Of a stretch of 64,000 bases of DNA, positions 1 to 11,872 are shown piece by piece; position 1 is the first letter of the stretch; the number at the start of each line of letters is the position of its first letter. The notes beneath the pieces are model-generated. The model ran no database searches. It worked only from the letters and a program-made list of their open reading frames with translations, and was not told the DNA's origin. The translations under genes were made by a program, and so were the position numbers. The DNA lies in contig CM121342.1 in NCBI GenBank assembly GCA_051530055.1, forward strand, positions 12,415,480 to 12,479,479. Direction: 5' to 3'. This DNA is from Neoechinorhynchus agilis. Taxonomy: Eukaryota; Animalia; Acanthocephala.

Positions 1-563
1 GAATTCAAGGCCGAGTTAGTCGAGGTGGTTGCCTCTAATGTTGATCCTGCTGCTATCCTCAGTCCACCATGCTAGTTCAGGAGTAGATGAAAGTAGTTTA
101 GTCTTTAGTTTTTAGTATTAGATCTTTTACTTGCGAGTAAATCCTTAGTAGAGAGTATCTGAGCGAAGGGGAATGCAGGGTGAGATCAATCGATTAATTT
201 TTCTAAATAACGTGATAATAAGTTAATTACCTGGTACATTATTAAAAATCAATTTTTAGTTGCCATCGTTCCTCCCTAAGTTTCTCAAACATTCATTTCG
301 TGAACTCAAAGCATAATTTTCGCGCATGATGATAATGAGAATCCCAACGCATTGCTGAAAATATCTACATCTTTTCGTAGAGTAATATCGGGAACTTGTA
401 AAACAAAGTTTGCAACCGTCTGCCGTGTGCATTTTGCTAGCCCTCTGAGTTCTACTGTTTAAATATATCCAGAAAAAGGTCCCCAAACAACGTCGCTACG
501 TTTACAGTTAATTTTCATTTACATCAGCGGATTCAACGAATGGTTCACAATTTGAATCGCGTA

Positions 564-713
<150 letters not shown>

Positions 714-858
714 TCACGCCTCATACAACATACACACAATCAATCTCTTAATTCCTCTTTCTTGCTTGATCTAATGTCTCGGGCCCAAGATGGCTGTGAG
801 TTGTGGGACGATCTCTTAAATCCCCTCACAGCAGCCTCGAAAACCCTTCTTTTAATTC

Positions 859-3476
859 TTAAGTAATAATAATCCTTTTCTTGTCCTGATCCTGTAAAAA
901 AGAGAATAACATGAGATAATCACTTACCTCATTCCTGTTAAGTATATTAGTTTGATTAATGGGTAAAAAACTAGATGGTTTATTGAAAAAGATTCTAAGA
1001 ATTGAGGAGTTGTAATTAAAATATTTACAGCTAGAATAACAATAAGAATAAAACCAAATTTTAGACAAAAAATTCTTGTTAAAAAGGAAAAAAGGGGTTC
1101 CGTATCAATATTATTTTTAATAAGAATACTGCTAAGCTTATTCAGCATAGTAAGATAAAATGATAGTCTGTTTTCTGGGGGCCGGCATCGTGCGAAAAAG
1201 CATATTGAACCCCCTAGAAATATTTTTAACACTCTAGAAATAAAAGGTGGGGAAATTGATAACCTTTTGGCTCTTTTGATAAAAATATCTGTTTTTGTCA
1301 GAAGACTTTTAAAGGAAGAGTTTATAAAAATTCTGTGATTTTTACAGGGGAAATCAACACCTAAAATCTTGGAATGCGATCTAAAATTGATATTAGGGAA
1401 ATTGAAATTAGAAGATAATTCATTAATTAGAAGCTTCCTCGAAGCCAAAGTTTTAGTCAGTGGAATAAAGAAAGTTTTGTTATTGTTTGTAACTAAATTG
1501 GCTTTCCTAAGTTCCGACGACAAAGATTGCATAAAATTGGCTATATTATTCGTTAGAATAGAAGATGTTCTAGCTTTACAAAATAAGAATATGGAAGATG
1601 ATTTCTTTAAATTTTTGAAAATATATATAAGGGCAATTGAAAATAAGGTGGGCGAGAGGGGAGATCCTTGAGGAACACCATATCTAGAGAAAAATTTAGT
1701 GTGAGAAGGGTCCACCTCATAGTAAAAGGACTTGGATTCCATAAGATAGTTGGTTTTGTAGATAAGATTAAGAGGAACTTTAAGATTAACTAAAGCCTCA
1801 TAAAGAAAGCCACGATCCAAGGCATCAAAAGCCTTATTAATATCCAGCTGAATGAGAAGTTTTTGTACATTAATAGCTTCATTCATAGAATTAAGAGAGG
1901 ATAAAAGCGATGTGACACCTTTACCTCTAATGAAGCCATGGAAAAAGTCGGGGATTAGCTTTCTACATACTAAAAAGTCATACAGTTTCCCGTTCACCGC
2001 TCTTTCTAAGCAAGAGACGATTGGGTTCTGTATGGAAATTACTCTGATGTGGGATGCGTTAAATATACGTCCTTTCGTTTGGGGAATAAAAATTTTCTTA
2101 ACAATATTTATGTTAAGTAGATCATTAAAATCAATTTTCGATAAACGAAATCTACTAAAAAAGATAGATTTTACCTTATCAGAAATAGAACTAAAAATTA
2201 TGGGTGAAGTGCCATTTATATTATACGCTTTAGAGGGGTTAGATTTACAGGCCTTCAGAAAAACTTCAACTTCAAAATTCCACGAAAAGGACTTTTTATT
2301 AAAGATGGGAAGTGGAGGAGAAGAACATGCACTAAGAGTATGTGCCATCAAAATAGACTCAATTACTGCAGGATAAGATATAGACCCTATCCAGTTAGAT
2401 GCTTTTGCCTTCCAACAGACCGGTCTTCTTTTCAAAATACAGGACCAAAAGTCCTTACCAAAGGACTTAAGAGAGATCAGCTTCTTTTTGTCCAACGAAA
2501 CTTGATGATAAAACTTAGCTGTGTAAAATTTTTTCATAAATAAGTTTTTAAGGGGAGCGTTACCATACAAGTCAGCTATAACAGCATTTTTGTAAAATAT
2601 GCTGGCTTCATGACAAACAGGAGGTCGCTTGATCACAGACTTAGTAATTAAATTTTTATGTACAGAGGATAAAATGGCATTGTTAAAGTCAGATAAGGAG
2701 GATGAAGTGGAAGAGTTCATAAAAGAAAGGAGATCATTATTAAATTTTGAAAAGCTTTTAGGATTAAAAACGAAAGTGTCCTTAAGATCGATGCCATTAG
2801 ATTTAAAAAGGATAAAGTCATGCCCTAACAATCTCTGTGACTGAAGTTGGGAAGCAGGATAAAATAAAATAGGAATTGACTTTTTAATAATTGCACCATC
2901 CAAGAAGGTATGTCTATTAGATTTAACATTATGAAAAGAAGGAAATTTGGGGAGCAAAAAATTGTGAAACTTAAAAAAGGGCCTAAAAGCATTTAAAAAA
3001 TTACTATTGAAGTCGCCTACGGTAAAGTCAGGATTCTAGTAACGGAGGATATGCATAAAAGATTTAGTAAATATACCCACGTGTCTGGGTTGAATATACA
3101 AGTTGCAAAGGATAAGAGTAGGGGAGAAAAGGGATGAGGTTCCATATAAGGGATTATTAAAGGAAATAATTTGCATTGCAAAAGAAATATTTTTAGTTTG
3201 AAAGAGAAGTTTAGAAGAGTGAGATTTAAGAATAAATGTTTGAAGTCCTCCAGAAAATCCAATGTGCTGATTGGTTGATGTGGAGCTAGGGAGAAGAACA
3301 TGAGAATCATAATTATCGAAGAGAAGAATTTTAGAAAAGCCGGTTTCTTGAAAACACAGCATGTTAACATAGTTATCAACTACACAAGGAGTAATAAAAT
3401 TAGGAATACGAGAAGCCCTAGAGGCATTATATGTGATGAAAGAGAAAGGACATTCCTTATAATTGGAACAATTCAT
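859..3476 (-). pseudogene. LINE A ORF2, AP endonuclease plus reverse transcriptase, disrupted
   Basis: QET and GDFN APE motifs; LDINKAFD and GVPQGSPLSP RT motifs. One in-frame TAG at 3036-3038. A 1-nt homopolymer frameshift near 1070 is inferred from the 61770 copy. The YADD position reads FCKA. Confidence 0.85.
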
Positions 3477-4774
3477 TAAATGAATTTAGGACGTTTGGAA
3501 TCTATAGATTCCAAGTTACGCAAAGATGGGGAAATATCTCTTTTATAATTTTCACAATCGATCCAGTTATTAAAGTTAAATAATCTAGAAAAATTGTCGG
3601 AGGTAGAGTCTGGTGTAGAAAGATTTTCCAGTTTGTGAAGGATCAAAGTAAGGAAGTACTTAAGTAATGAAATTTCTTTATCGGGATAAAGTTGAGAAGT
3701 ATTAATGGAAGATTTTAAACTATCAAGAAAGGATTTTTCCGGAGGTTTGGGGGGAAGTTTAGGCTTGTGACCATCAGGGGAAGGTTGAGTCTTCGACTCC
3801 TTAGAGGAAAAACCGTCCGAAGAGAAAGGATTATGTTGTGGATAGAATTCTCTATAACTAGAATTATGGAATACTCGCTGCTTCGATGGTATGGAATCGT
3901 CAAAATATTTTTGCGCGAATTTGCAAGAACGTGCAAAGGCCGGATGATTCTTGCCACAGTTTGCACAGGTAGCAGCATCAGAATTGGAGCAAGATGATTT
4001 GTGATGAGGACCTGCACAAAAGATGCATCTGGAGGGGAAGACACAGTCAGATTCGTGGTGCCCCCATCTCGAACACCTCTGACATATCGTCAAATTATAA
4101 TCATAGATAGAGTCCCTGTATCGGTCAAAAGTGACCCAGTATGAGAAAAAAACCCTGCCGGAGTTAGCTAGACTCTCGGCGACATTGATAGTAGCTGAAC
4201 ATAGGATGGCGTAGGCTGAACTAGCGTTGGGTCTAAACAGATATTTGACCAGTTTTATACCTAACTCATCCTCAATTTTGCGAAAATCAGTAGTATCCAA
4301 GTCTTGAGGAGGATTCCTCATTAGAAAGGTGACTCTACGAGATAGGTCAACAGATTGGATGCTTAACTCCCCTAGCATCTTAGAAAAGAGGTCTTTACCG
4401 GCCGCATCGAAAAAAATAAAAAGGATGTGGAATTTGGTCACAGAGAACCTCTTTATCAAAAAATTCATATGTTTCTCACGACCATTCGGCAGTAAATACT
4501 TCTCGAAGAAATAACGCGAGAAATAGGAGGGGGAGTTAGTGCCCATGGCTTCTTTGGGAATTTTGATAACGAAATCCTCTTTCCTAACAGGACGCTTAAA
4601 CCTTGATGCGTCGATAGAATGTTCCATCTGATCCCCTATGGAAACTTGTGCACAATCATTCAAAACTTCACAATCACTCGGGGGGAGGGGGATAGTAGGA
4701 ACAAACCTTAATCTAGACATGTCGGAAATAGGGTTTACCTGATTGCTGATATTCGAAGCGCAATTTTGCATCAC
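3476..4774 (-). CDS. LINE A ORF1, gag-like nucleic-acid-binding protein (432 aa)
   Basis: CQRCSRWGHHESDC, CIFCAGPHHKSSC and CANCGKNHPAFARSC knuckles. Its stop overlaps the ORF2 ATG (TAATG). Confidence 0.9.
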   Translation of the reverse strand: MMQNCASNISNQVNPISDMSRLRFVPTIPLPPSDCEVLNDCAQVSIGDQMEHSIDASRFKRPVRKEDFVIKIPKEAMGTNSPSYFSRYFFEKYLLPNGREKHMNFLIKRFSVTKFHILFIFFDAAGKDLFSKMLGELSIQSVDLSRRVTFLMRNPPQDLDTTDFRKIEDELGIKLVKYLFRPNASSAYAILCSATINVAESLANSGRVFFSYWVTFDRYRDSIYDYNLTICQRCSRWGHHESDCVFPSRCIFCAGPHHKSSCSNSDAATCANCGKNHPAFARSCKFAQKYFDDSIPSKQRVFHNSSYREFYPQHNPFSSDGFSSKESKTQPSPDGHKPKLPPKPPEKSFLDSLKSSINTSQLYPDKEISLLKYFLTLILHKLENLSTPDSTSDNFSRLFNFNNWIDCENYKRDISPSLRNLESIDSKRPKFI

Positions 4775-7700
4775 GAAACAGCGCTTTTGTACGTTTTTTT
4801 TGTTTTTTTTTTGTTTTTTTTTCAGGGGTTATAATCAATACGGCGTTCGTTGCGAATATAGTAGAATACGCAATACTTTTAAATGGGTTTCGCGTCAACC
4901 AGTCAATGTTTTCGCAACCACCTAGTGTTGCGATGGAGAATGGCATACGGCAATCCAACTCACTGAAAATTAAGGTACCTCCGGACATACGGAGGCACCT
5001 TCTCAGTGATCGTTCAGAGGGTGACATACGGCCACCCACAAAGCTTCAAACTTCATCTTCAATAGGTGATACACACAAAATTATATACTTCGATCGGCCC
5101 GTTAAAAAGGGCGATTACGTAACCAAAATATCTGTGATTCCAATCGCATCAAAGGAAGCCACATGGGGATGTTTCCTCAAACCATGGCTGAACACAAAGA
5201 AGGATAGTATACTAAGAATCAGATCAACTTCATTCTGGAATGGTACTTTAAAAATTGTCTTCGTCAACAACACTGAAATGGACGACTTCGAATCCTTTGT
5301 GAAGGGTCGGCACGACGAAAAAAATTTCAACATTCAATCCTTCCGAAACAAAGCAACTTTCATTGCTCACAACATTGGGAATTTATCTTCGCCTGATAAG
5401 ATTCAAGACTTTGAGAAACAATTTCACCTGAAGTTTAAATTTTTCTTCAAATCCAGGAAGACGGGAAAGGCAATTCCAGTGGGAATAGTTGAAACCGACA
5501 TGGATCAAATGGAAACTCTTTGCTCCCGCACATTCACAAAATTCAAATACAGAATCAAATCTCGTGTAACCACAATGCAACATATGCCTACAGTGGGGAC
5601 ACTGGAATCAAAACTGTCCCAATAGAACCCAAAAATGTTGCTTCTGTGCTGAGGATCACCACATGTCCTCGTGCACAAATAAAACAAGCAAATGTGCCAA
5701 TTGTGGTGGATCGCACCGAAGTTATTATAAAGGATGCTCATGCTTTAAAGCTTACTTGGAGGCCTGGAAAGCGGGCTCCGAATTAAAAAGAAATTCGAAC
5801 AATATAAAGATCGCCCCATCAACACCCTCCTATCACACGAGCAAGATTACGGTTTCGGATAACGCCGGACCTCCATCCCAACCCGTCTGTAATGAAGAGG
5901 AGATATGCCAAAGAATCTTTGACAAAGTCCTACATGAAGTTACTCATCGGATATCAACACTTTTCAACAACCTGCAGAAACAAATCGCTCAACAAATACA
6001 AAATTTACTCGCCATCACGATTCCGATTATAAATCCCGACACCGAATAACAATAACCTAGCAGCACCAGATTCGAATAAGTTCAGCAGTAACCCACCTGC
6101 AACGGCCAATCCATACAGAGGAAAGAGACAACCGACTAAAGCTAGTAAAGCAGGTGGAAAAAACTTTCGTCGCTCGATAAATGAAGGAAAAAACAAATTC
6201 ATCACTAGCGACTCTGACGCTGTGATGGATGTTGTAGAATGACGATGAGTTGGTACTCGCCAACGCCGCTTAACCTGCACTGCTTACAATGTAATTCGGG
6301 TGGAGCCGCGGCTCTAAACAGGTTTGATATTTTTACTTACATCACAGAAGATGTTATCTGTATTCAAGAGGCCAAAAAGGCTGCAGTAGGATCCTATGTT
6401 TTACCACAAGCATTTTTACTAAAATACGATGTTTTCCCAACATTTCCGTTGAATCATTACAGTAGCGGTCTCTTAACAATCTTTAAAAAACATCTTTCAG
6501 CGTCGCTGATCCAAAATTACATTAGTGAAAATCTTTCCTTTGCCATTTTTAAAATTCACGCGAACGGAAAGGAGTGTATGCTGATTGGCAACATTTACGT
6601 ACGTCCTAAATTTATCCATAAGAAAGATACGAAGGATATCATTTGTAACCTTTTAAGCTTGGGCAACATCTCTTTATTTGGTGATTTTAAGGACCCTACA
6701 GGAAAATGGACGAAAGCTATAGCAAATGGAGAGGGGTTTCATGTATTTTTAACACCCACCCAACCCACATTTCACAGGATATCGAGTAATGTTCATTATT
6801 GGTTGGATGGATGCTATGTCCCATCCAACCGACAGGAAAGCATTACAGTTGCAAAACAATGCGATTTATCGGAAGCATGCTATCATGATCTGATAACATG
6901 GTACTTATCCAGCGACAAGTCTTTAAGCCGCAGATTCCGGTTTTCGCCCATTAACGTAGCTTTTTTCAATTTCGCCATTAAACGCTCCCTTCATGAATTT
7001 CTGAATCTCCCGGAATGGAATTCTTTACTTTTTAATCTCTCAAACAAGTTTTTATCTATTCCCAATCATTTTTCAAGAGGAGCAGTTACCTCAAGCTGTC
7101 TTAAGTACTGTGCATCCCAAATTAAAAAAGCTAACTTGCATCAGGATGCCCCCATGCAAAAGTGTGCGTCCAACAAATACTGGGCTTGCAATTATAATCT
7201 GCATTTGCAACAACATCGTAGAGTAATGAAGAATCTTTCCTATTCTACGAAATCCTTTTGGCGGGTTTTGAAGAATTCAAAGTTTATCAAATGGAAGGAC
7301 AAAGCTTCAAGATGGATCAGGTCTTCATCGTATAAGGTGGTATTGTACGACATTTTAGGCAAACTCTCCGTTGGAGCAACAAATGTTTCCCCTACTAATG
7401 ATTGGCTAACCTTCCCACTATTGCGATCATTAAATGAAGGAGATTTGCATATGGATGATATTTTAAAAGCACGGGGAAGTATGATAAAGTTGTCATCAAA
7501 TAATTTTTGTGCTTCTAGTAAATGCCTAAGGTATATAGAACCTTCAATCCGACCCATAATCGCCTCTTGTATGCTTAGAGCATCTAGAGAGGATTGGTTG
7601 AGCATTAACCTGACACGGAGAATTCTTATCGTAAAAGCCAAAAAGAAGGTGGTCAATTCCTCTTTAGAATGCACTACATGGTCCTTCTCAACTTCCCACA

Positions 7701-8073
7701 GGATATTGTAGTTCGTATCAGAGATATTCTAGCCACCAAGTCCTTTTATTTTGATGACGACGAGGATCATAAAATCTTCTATCCTAAAAAAGGTTTACCA
7801 CAGGGCTCCCCTCTATCCCCTATTTTATTTCTAATAGCTATGCAATTTGTAGCCAAATTTTATAAGGACGGTGTTAACATTTTTATATACGCTGACGATA
7901 TAAGTGCAGTTTTATTTACCAATAACCCCTGGGAATTACCTATATTACTGAAGGAATTGTTAGCTTTTATCAATAGGAATGCAGCACATATGGGCATCGG
8001 GCTGAACCCTAACAAAACCAATATTATGGCTGTAACTGGCATCAATTATGTAAATAAGAAACTTAATTTAATA

Positions 8074-8308
8074 GTGCGTTGGCGAATCCTGCCCCCGGTG
8101 CTTTCGCAGTCCTAAAAGGAGGATATGGACATCATGCACCCAGACGTGACCGGCTGTGCATGATGTCCATATCCTCCATTTTAGATATCGACTGAAGAGG
8201 CAAGGAAAACCTTGTGAAATATTTCGAATATAAATGAGTAACGAAAGCACCGGGGGCAGGATTCGCCAACGCACAATCAAATTCACCCCGAGGACAATGA
8301 TATATGAC
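8074..8308. mobile_element. 235-bp hairpin insertion in LINE B RT with a 12-bp TSD; Penelope-like pLTR derivative suspected
   Basis: CTTAATTTAATA at 8062-8073 and 8309-8320. Removing the insert plus one TSD rejoins ...NKKLNLI|IKNQFLR. It has a 33-bp perfect outer inverted repeat, a 22-bp inner inverted repeat and a 35-nt tail. Confidence 0.85.
8185..8231 (+). ncRNA. Minimal type-I hammerhead ribozyme-like motif
   Basis: ATATCGA-CTGAAGA-GGCAAGG-AAAA-CCTTGT-GAAA-TAT-T-TCGAATAT: stem I, catalytic core, stem II and a palindromic stem III. C11.1 is missing and the cleavage triplet is AUU. Confidence 0.5.
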
Positions 8309-8825
8309 CTTAATTTAATAATTAAAAATCAATTTTTACGTATTTTAGATCGAACCAACAACGTTGGTAATTTACATTTTAATAAAATTAAAATTTTAGG
8401 TTACAATTTTAACGCAAAATTGAATGAAAATTTAGACATGAAACATTTTAAAAGAATTTTAATAACTGCCAAACGTTACTGTACAAGAGCGTTGAGACTG
8501 CAACTGAGCTATAAAAAACAATATTTTATCTGGAAAACATGGGCAATATCTGCCGTAACCTTTTTTAGTCGCGGTCCTCCACCCGAACAGCGACCCATAT
8601 TCGGCGAGGTCCTGCTACAAAACGCGTCATTCGTAAGACAAAAAGAGAAGATGGAATTGGTAAAAAGGATAAATTACTGGCTACAACTATAAAAAATTAA
8701 CAAATAACTAAGTCTCCATAATTGATAAGTTGAACGCTATCACGTGTGTGTTTGTAATATATATTTATTTATTATTATTTAAATGGGTTTTTAAACTCTG
8801 CTGAGCATTCGGTTTACTTTGAGAT

Positions 8826-10495
8826 ATGTCCATTAAGCGCAACACAGAGGTAATTGAGAACGTATTTTGGAATGAGGAATCCGGTTATATCACATTTCTG
8901 GATGATAAGCTATTCTGGCAGTCAAATGATGGCGATTACTCCGAGGAGTTCGTTATTTCCGCTAACAACATGCTCAGTGTCAGGGTTACTTCGGATGATA
9001 AACTCGTGCAGCAGATAGCCATCAAACGGCGCAATGAAAACGACGAAGTATTCTTAAGAGTCGGTAGCGATGAACCGATCGGAGAGATAATAGAAAAAAG
9101 GAATCAAATCGTTAGTGGAATAAAGGCTGCCATAAAACGAAGATGCAGTTGTCCGTTAGCAGCTGCAAATCAAAAGATTCGAGCACGGTGAGCGTCCAAC
9201 TTTTCGAGCATCGAAAGTGTTTTTCTTTGTTTTTTCGAAATAGAATTCTCGCTACAAATAAGTCACTTGCGATTCTGTTCAATCAATTGGTCGTTGGTGG
9301 CATCATTAGTAACCAACAATTCTGGATGGAGTACATTGACGTGAGTCTGAAATTTGTTTTGTTTTGTATATTTGGAATTTAGAATCTCCTAGGAAACTTC
9401 AATTCAACTAATTAAGAATGTTCAGCAACAGACATTGCCAACTGGTCTTATTACACCTCTCAAGGTTTCGGTATCTAAAGACGGAAAGACGGTCGTTGAT
9501 TTACCTCCTGAGTTGATCACAACAATCTTTCATTTGAATCCGAGTGTCCGAGAAAAATACCTAGAATGTGTTCCAGGAAAGATGAGTGACAATCGTTTCT
9601 GGGCGGACTATATGAAATGTCTCCTTGCCGGCGACGCTGACCCTCATGATGCACTGCTATTTCAAATGGGAGATGCGAGAATGGCAATACTTGAAGCAAT
9701 TGAAGAAAACGAGGATGTAATTGAAGAAATTAGGCGGAAAATGCTTGGTCCAGAAGACCATCAAAAGGTAAGTTTTTGACTCGATTTAACTGAAATTTTA
9801 TTCGTTACACATTGTGATGTTTGACTGTTTAGACGACTGAGAAGAAAAAGGAGACATCCATATCTCAACTAATGAATCTTCATTCAATTAGGATGCTGCG
9901 AAATGTAGCCCCTTGCCCCAAGTATGTCGGGAAAACCCCGTCTAAAGAGTCTACTGAACTTGAGCCAAAACAAGAAAAAGTCGAATGGATTGCACATGTT
10001 TAACATATCCTTCCATCTTTTGAAAATCAAGATGATATCAGTGTTCACTTTGCGAGTACATGCTCTGCCCGAATCGATGAGGATTTCTTTGATTCTGGTG
10101 ACAGAGGGCACGGCATGAACACAGTTAAATCCGCCAGTACTACCGTTGCCAAATGGTACCGTCAGATGCAAGAGAAGAAGAGGAGCCACAAGGAGAAGAA
10201 TATCTTTGAACTGGATCCTCAAGTGAACCAAGCTGTCATATCGGCAAACGAGATGCTCTCGCATTTCTGGAAATGCTTTCCAGTGACCAACAGCGCATTG
10301 GGCAATAAGCTAGTGAGCTTTGGGATGCAGCTAAAGAAGTTTAGAGACAAGCGGGTGTCGGTTTTGTTGGCGAAAGTTAGCGAGGAATGTGACATTGCTG
10401 CCTTAACGCAATCCCGCGAAATGCTGGACTTCGGTATCGAGGCATTTAAACGCTATATGAGCACTATTGGACAGATTGGCGATTTTAGTCAATGA
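8826..10495 (+). CDS. GTF2H1: TFIIH p62 subunit-like, multi-exon
   Basis: N-terminal PH-like region, BSD-like NRILATNKSLAILFNQLVVGGIISNQQFW, second BSD-like MSDNRFWADY, C-terminal EMLSHFWKCFP. GT-AG introns at 9188-9243, from 9341, from about 9769, and probably 9922-10041. Confidence 0.8.
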
Positions 10496-11209
10496 CCTAA
10501 TCCATATTTCGTTCCCATTTACCTCTGTTAATAAATGAGGTCGCTGTAGAATGTTCAACCATTAAGATTCCACTTTTTTCTTTTTCCATTATTATCGACA
10601 ACATTTAAAATTGGGTTTGTTTATCATTTAAATTGATTGCATTACATGAGAACACTTTAAGAATCAATGTAGTCTTACCTTTAAAACTGAAATTAAAACT
10701 GTTGATTCCATTTCGGGGCATAACATGCTTTCCGCATTCTTTATTCCAGTCAATGATTTTCGTTTTTTACATCTTTTCTATTTTCTTAAATACGTTAAGT
10801 AAAATTTTTATTTTCTCGGTCATTGCGAACTCACTTTCAATTGAGTGGTACAAATTTAAAATACTAAGTAGAGAAAGCAATCACCTTTTAGAACTTTATT
10901 GTTTTTGGGCCTAGAGGAATTTTTTAATAAATTCTACAAAAAAAGTATATGTCATTTGCCATTAATTCTAAGCATTGCTCGGTCTTTTCGTGGCAGGAGG
11001 GCAAATGCCTTTTCTGGGACGCAACGTGTGTGGACACCCTCGCGAGCAGTTTGGATTTTATTCGCCGATTATGATCAAAAGACGACTTTTGTTTGTAATT
11101 ATAAGCAAATATGGCAGGCTAAAGCGTGTGTCTTAAATTCGTATTCAAGACACACGCTTTAGCCTGCCATATTTGCTTATAATTAGAAACGATACGAACA
11201 TATAGAGAT

Positions 11210-11440
11210 TTAGCGAGGGCCCACTATTTTGTCCCCTTCGGAGTATAGACGTATGGAGCGCTTGGCAGGTCGGCACTCACTCTGCTCTAGACCGGCGACA
11301 CACCAGCAGGTGTATTCCTGCGACAAAATATCTCGCTCCCAGTACAACGAGGCAATGCTGCTAGCGTGATAGCGACAACCGAGGAAGGAGAGAAGCTCCA
11401 ATTTTGCGGACGGTGGTGATTGCACGTTTTGTACTTTCTT
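11210..11440 (+). mobile_element. 5'-truncated 3' end of a CRE-type (RLE) LINE
   Basis: Translates FLRQNISLPVQRGNAASV, matching the C-terminus of the element at 19144-22185; near-identical to 26988-27116. Confidence 0.8.
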
Positions 11441-11805
11441 ATGTTATGATTAAATTTTTTTTGGAAAACTCGGGAATCGCACGTGAAATCGCCAATGGTT
11501 TTTTTCGAGTTCCAAAATCAGAAAGCATTATAATGCCCACGCAACCGAGATTTTCATGATGACCCAAAATGTCTTTTGCTTTATCTAATGTTTCGGTAAC
11601 TTAACTGAGATTGACGACCTCAGTTAATTTTTTCATTGAAATATTTCATTCGTTTGAATTTAACTGACCTGTAAATATATTTATCTTGAATATCACTTTA
11701 CGTTGGTCAATAATTTAGAATTTTCTAAAGTGAATAGTCACTTGCCATCAGTTCTTAAAAATCCATTGATTTTTTGGAAAACGTAAAGCTGAACTTTAAA
11801 ACTTT

Positions 11806-11872
11806 TGCTTTAGTACTGCGGTGAATGCTGCCACCTTTCAACGGAAATCGGGGTTCGATTCCCCTACACCGG
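11806..11872 (+). pseudogene. tRNA-like remnant (T-arm/B-box), possibly a tRNA-Glu-derived SINE head
   Basis: Perfect T-arm GGGG-TTCGATT-CCCC at 11850-11864 and a CTTTCAA loop; acceptor and anticodon stems pair poorly. Confidence 0.35.

Larger units (their letters stand above)
4891..8777 (+). mobile_element. Second I/Jockey-group LINE (LINE B), full length but decayed, flanked by a 13-bp TSD
   Basis: TTTAAATGGGTTT at 4878-4890 and 8778-8790. ORF1 at 4906-6049 (one frameshift near 5570 restores CNICLQWGH, CCFCAEDHH, CANCGGSH). APE 6239 onward; RT with QGSPLSP and YADD; an RT internal deletion near 7670; short ATT-rich tail. Confidence 0.9.

Noticed and set aside
1-200. Possible element end at the window start
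   Set aside because: Too short and cut by the window edge; no diagnostic motif.
1369-2844. Plus-strand ORFs antisense to LINE A RT (and similar antisense ORFs over PGM, POLR1B, hnRNP and the CRE element)
   Set aside because: Shadow frames of real coding sequence with no recognisable motifs.
10001-10003. In-frame TAA in GTF2H1 exon 3 (possible stop-codon reassignment or micro-hairpin intron)
   Set aside because: A canonical in-frame intron gtatgt...atatcag (9922-10041) removes it, and other genes use TAA as a normal stop.
11806-11872. Functional tRNA gene
   Set aside because: Only the T-arm is intact; acceptor, D and anticodon stems do not pair.
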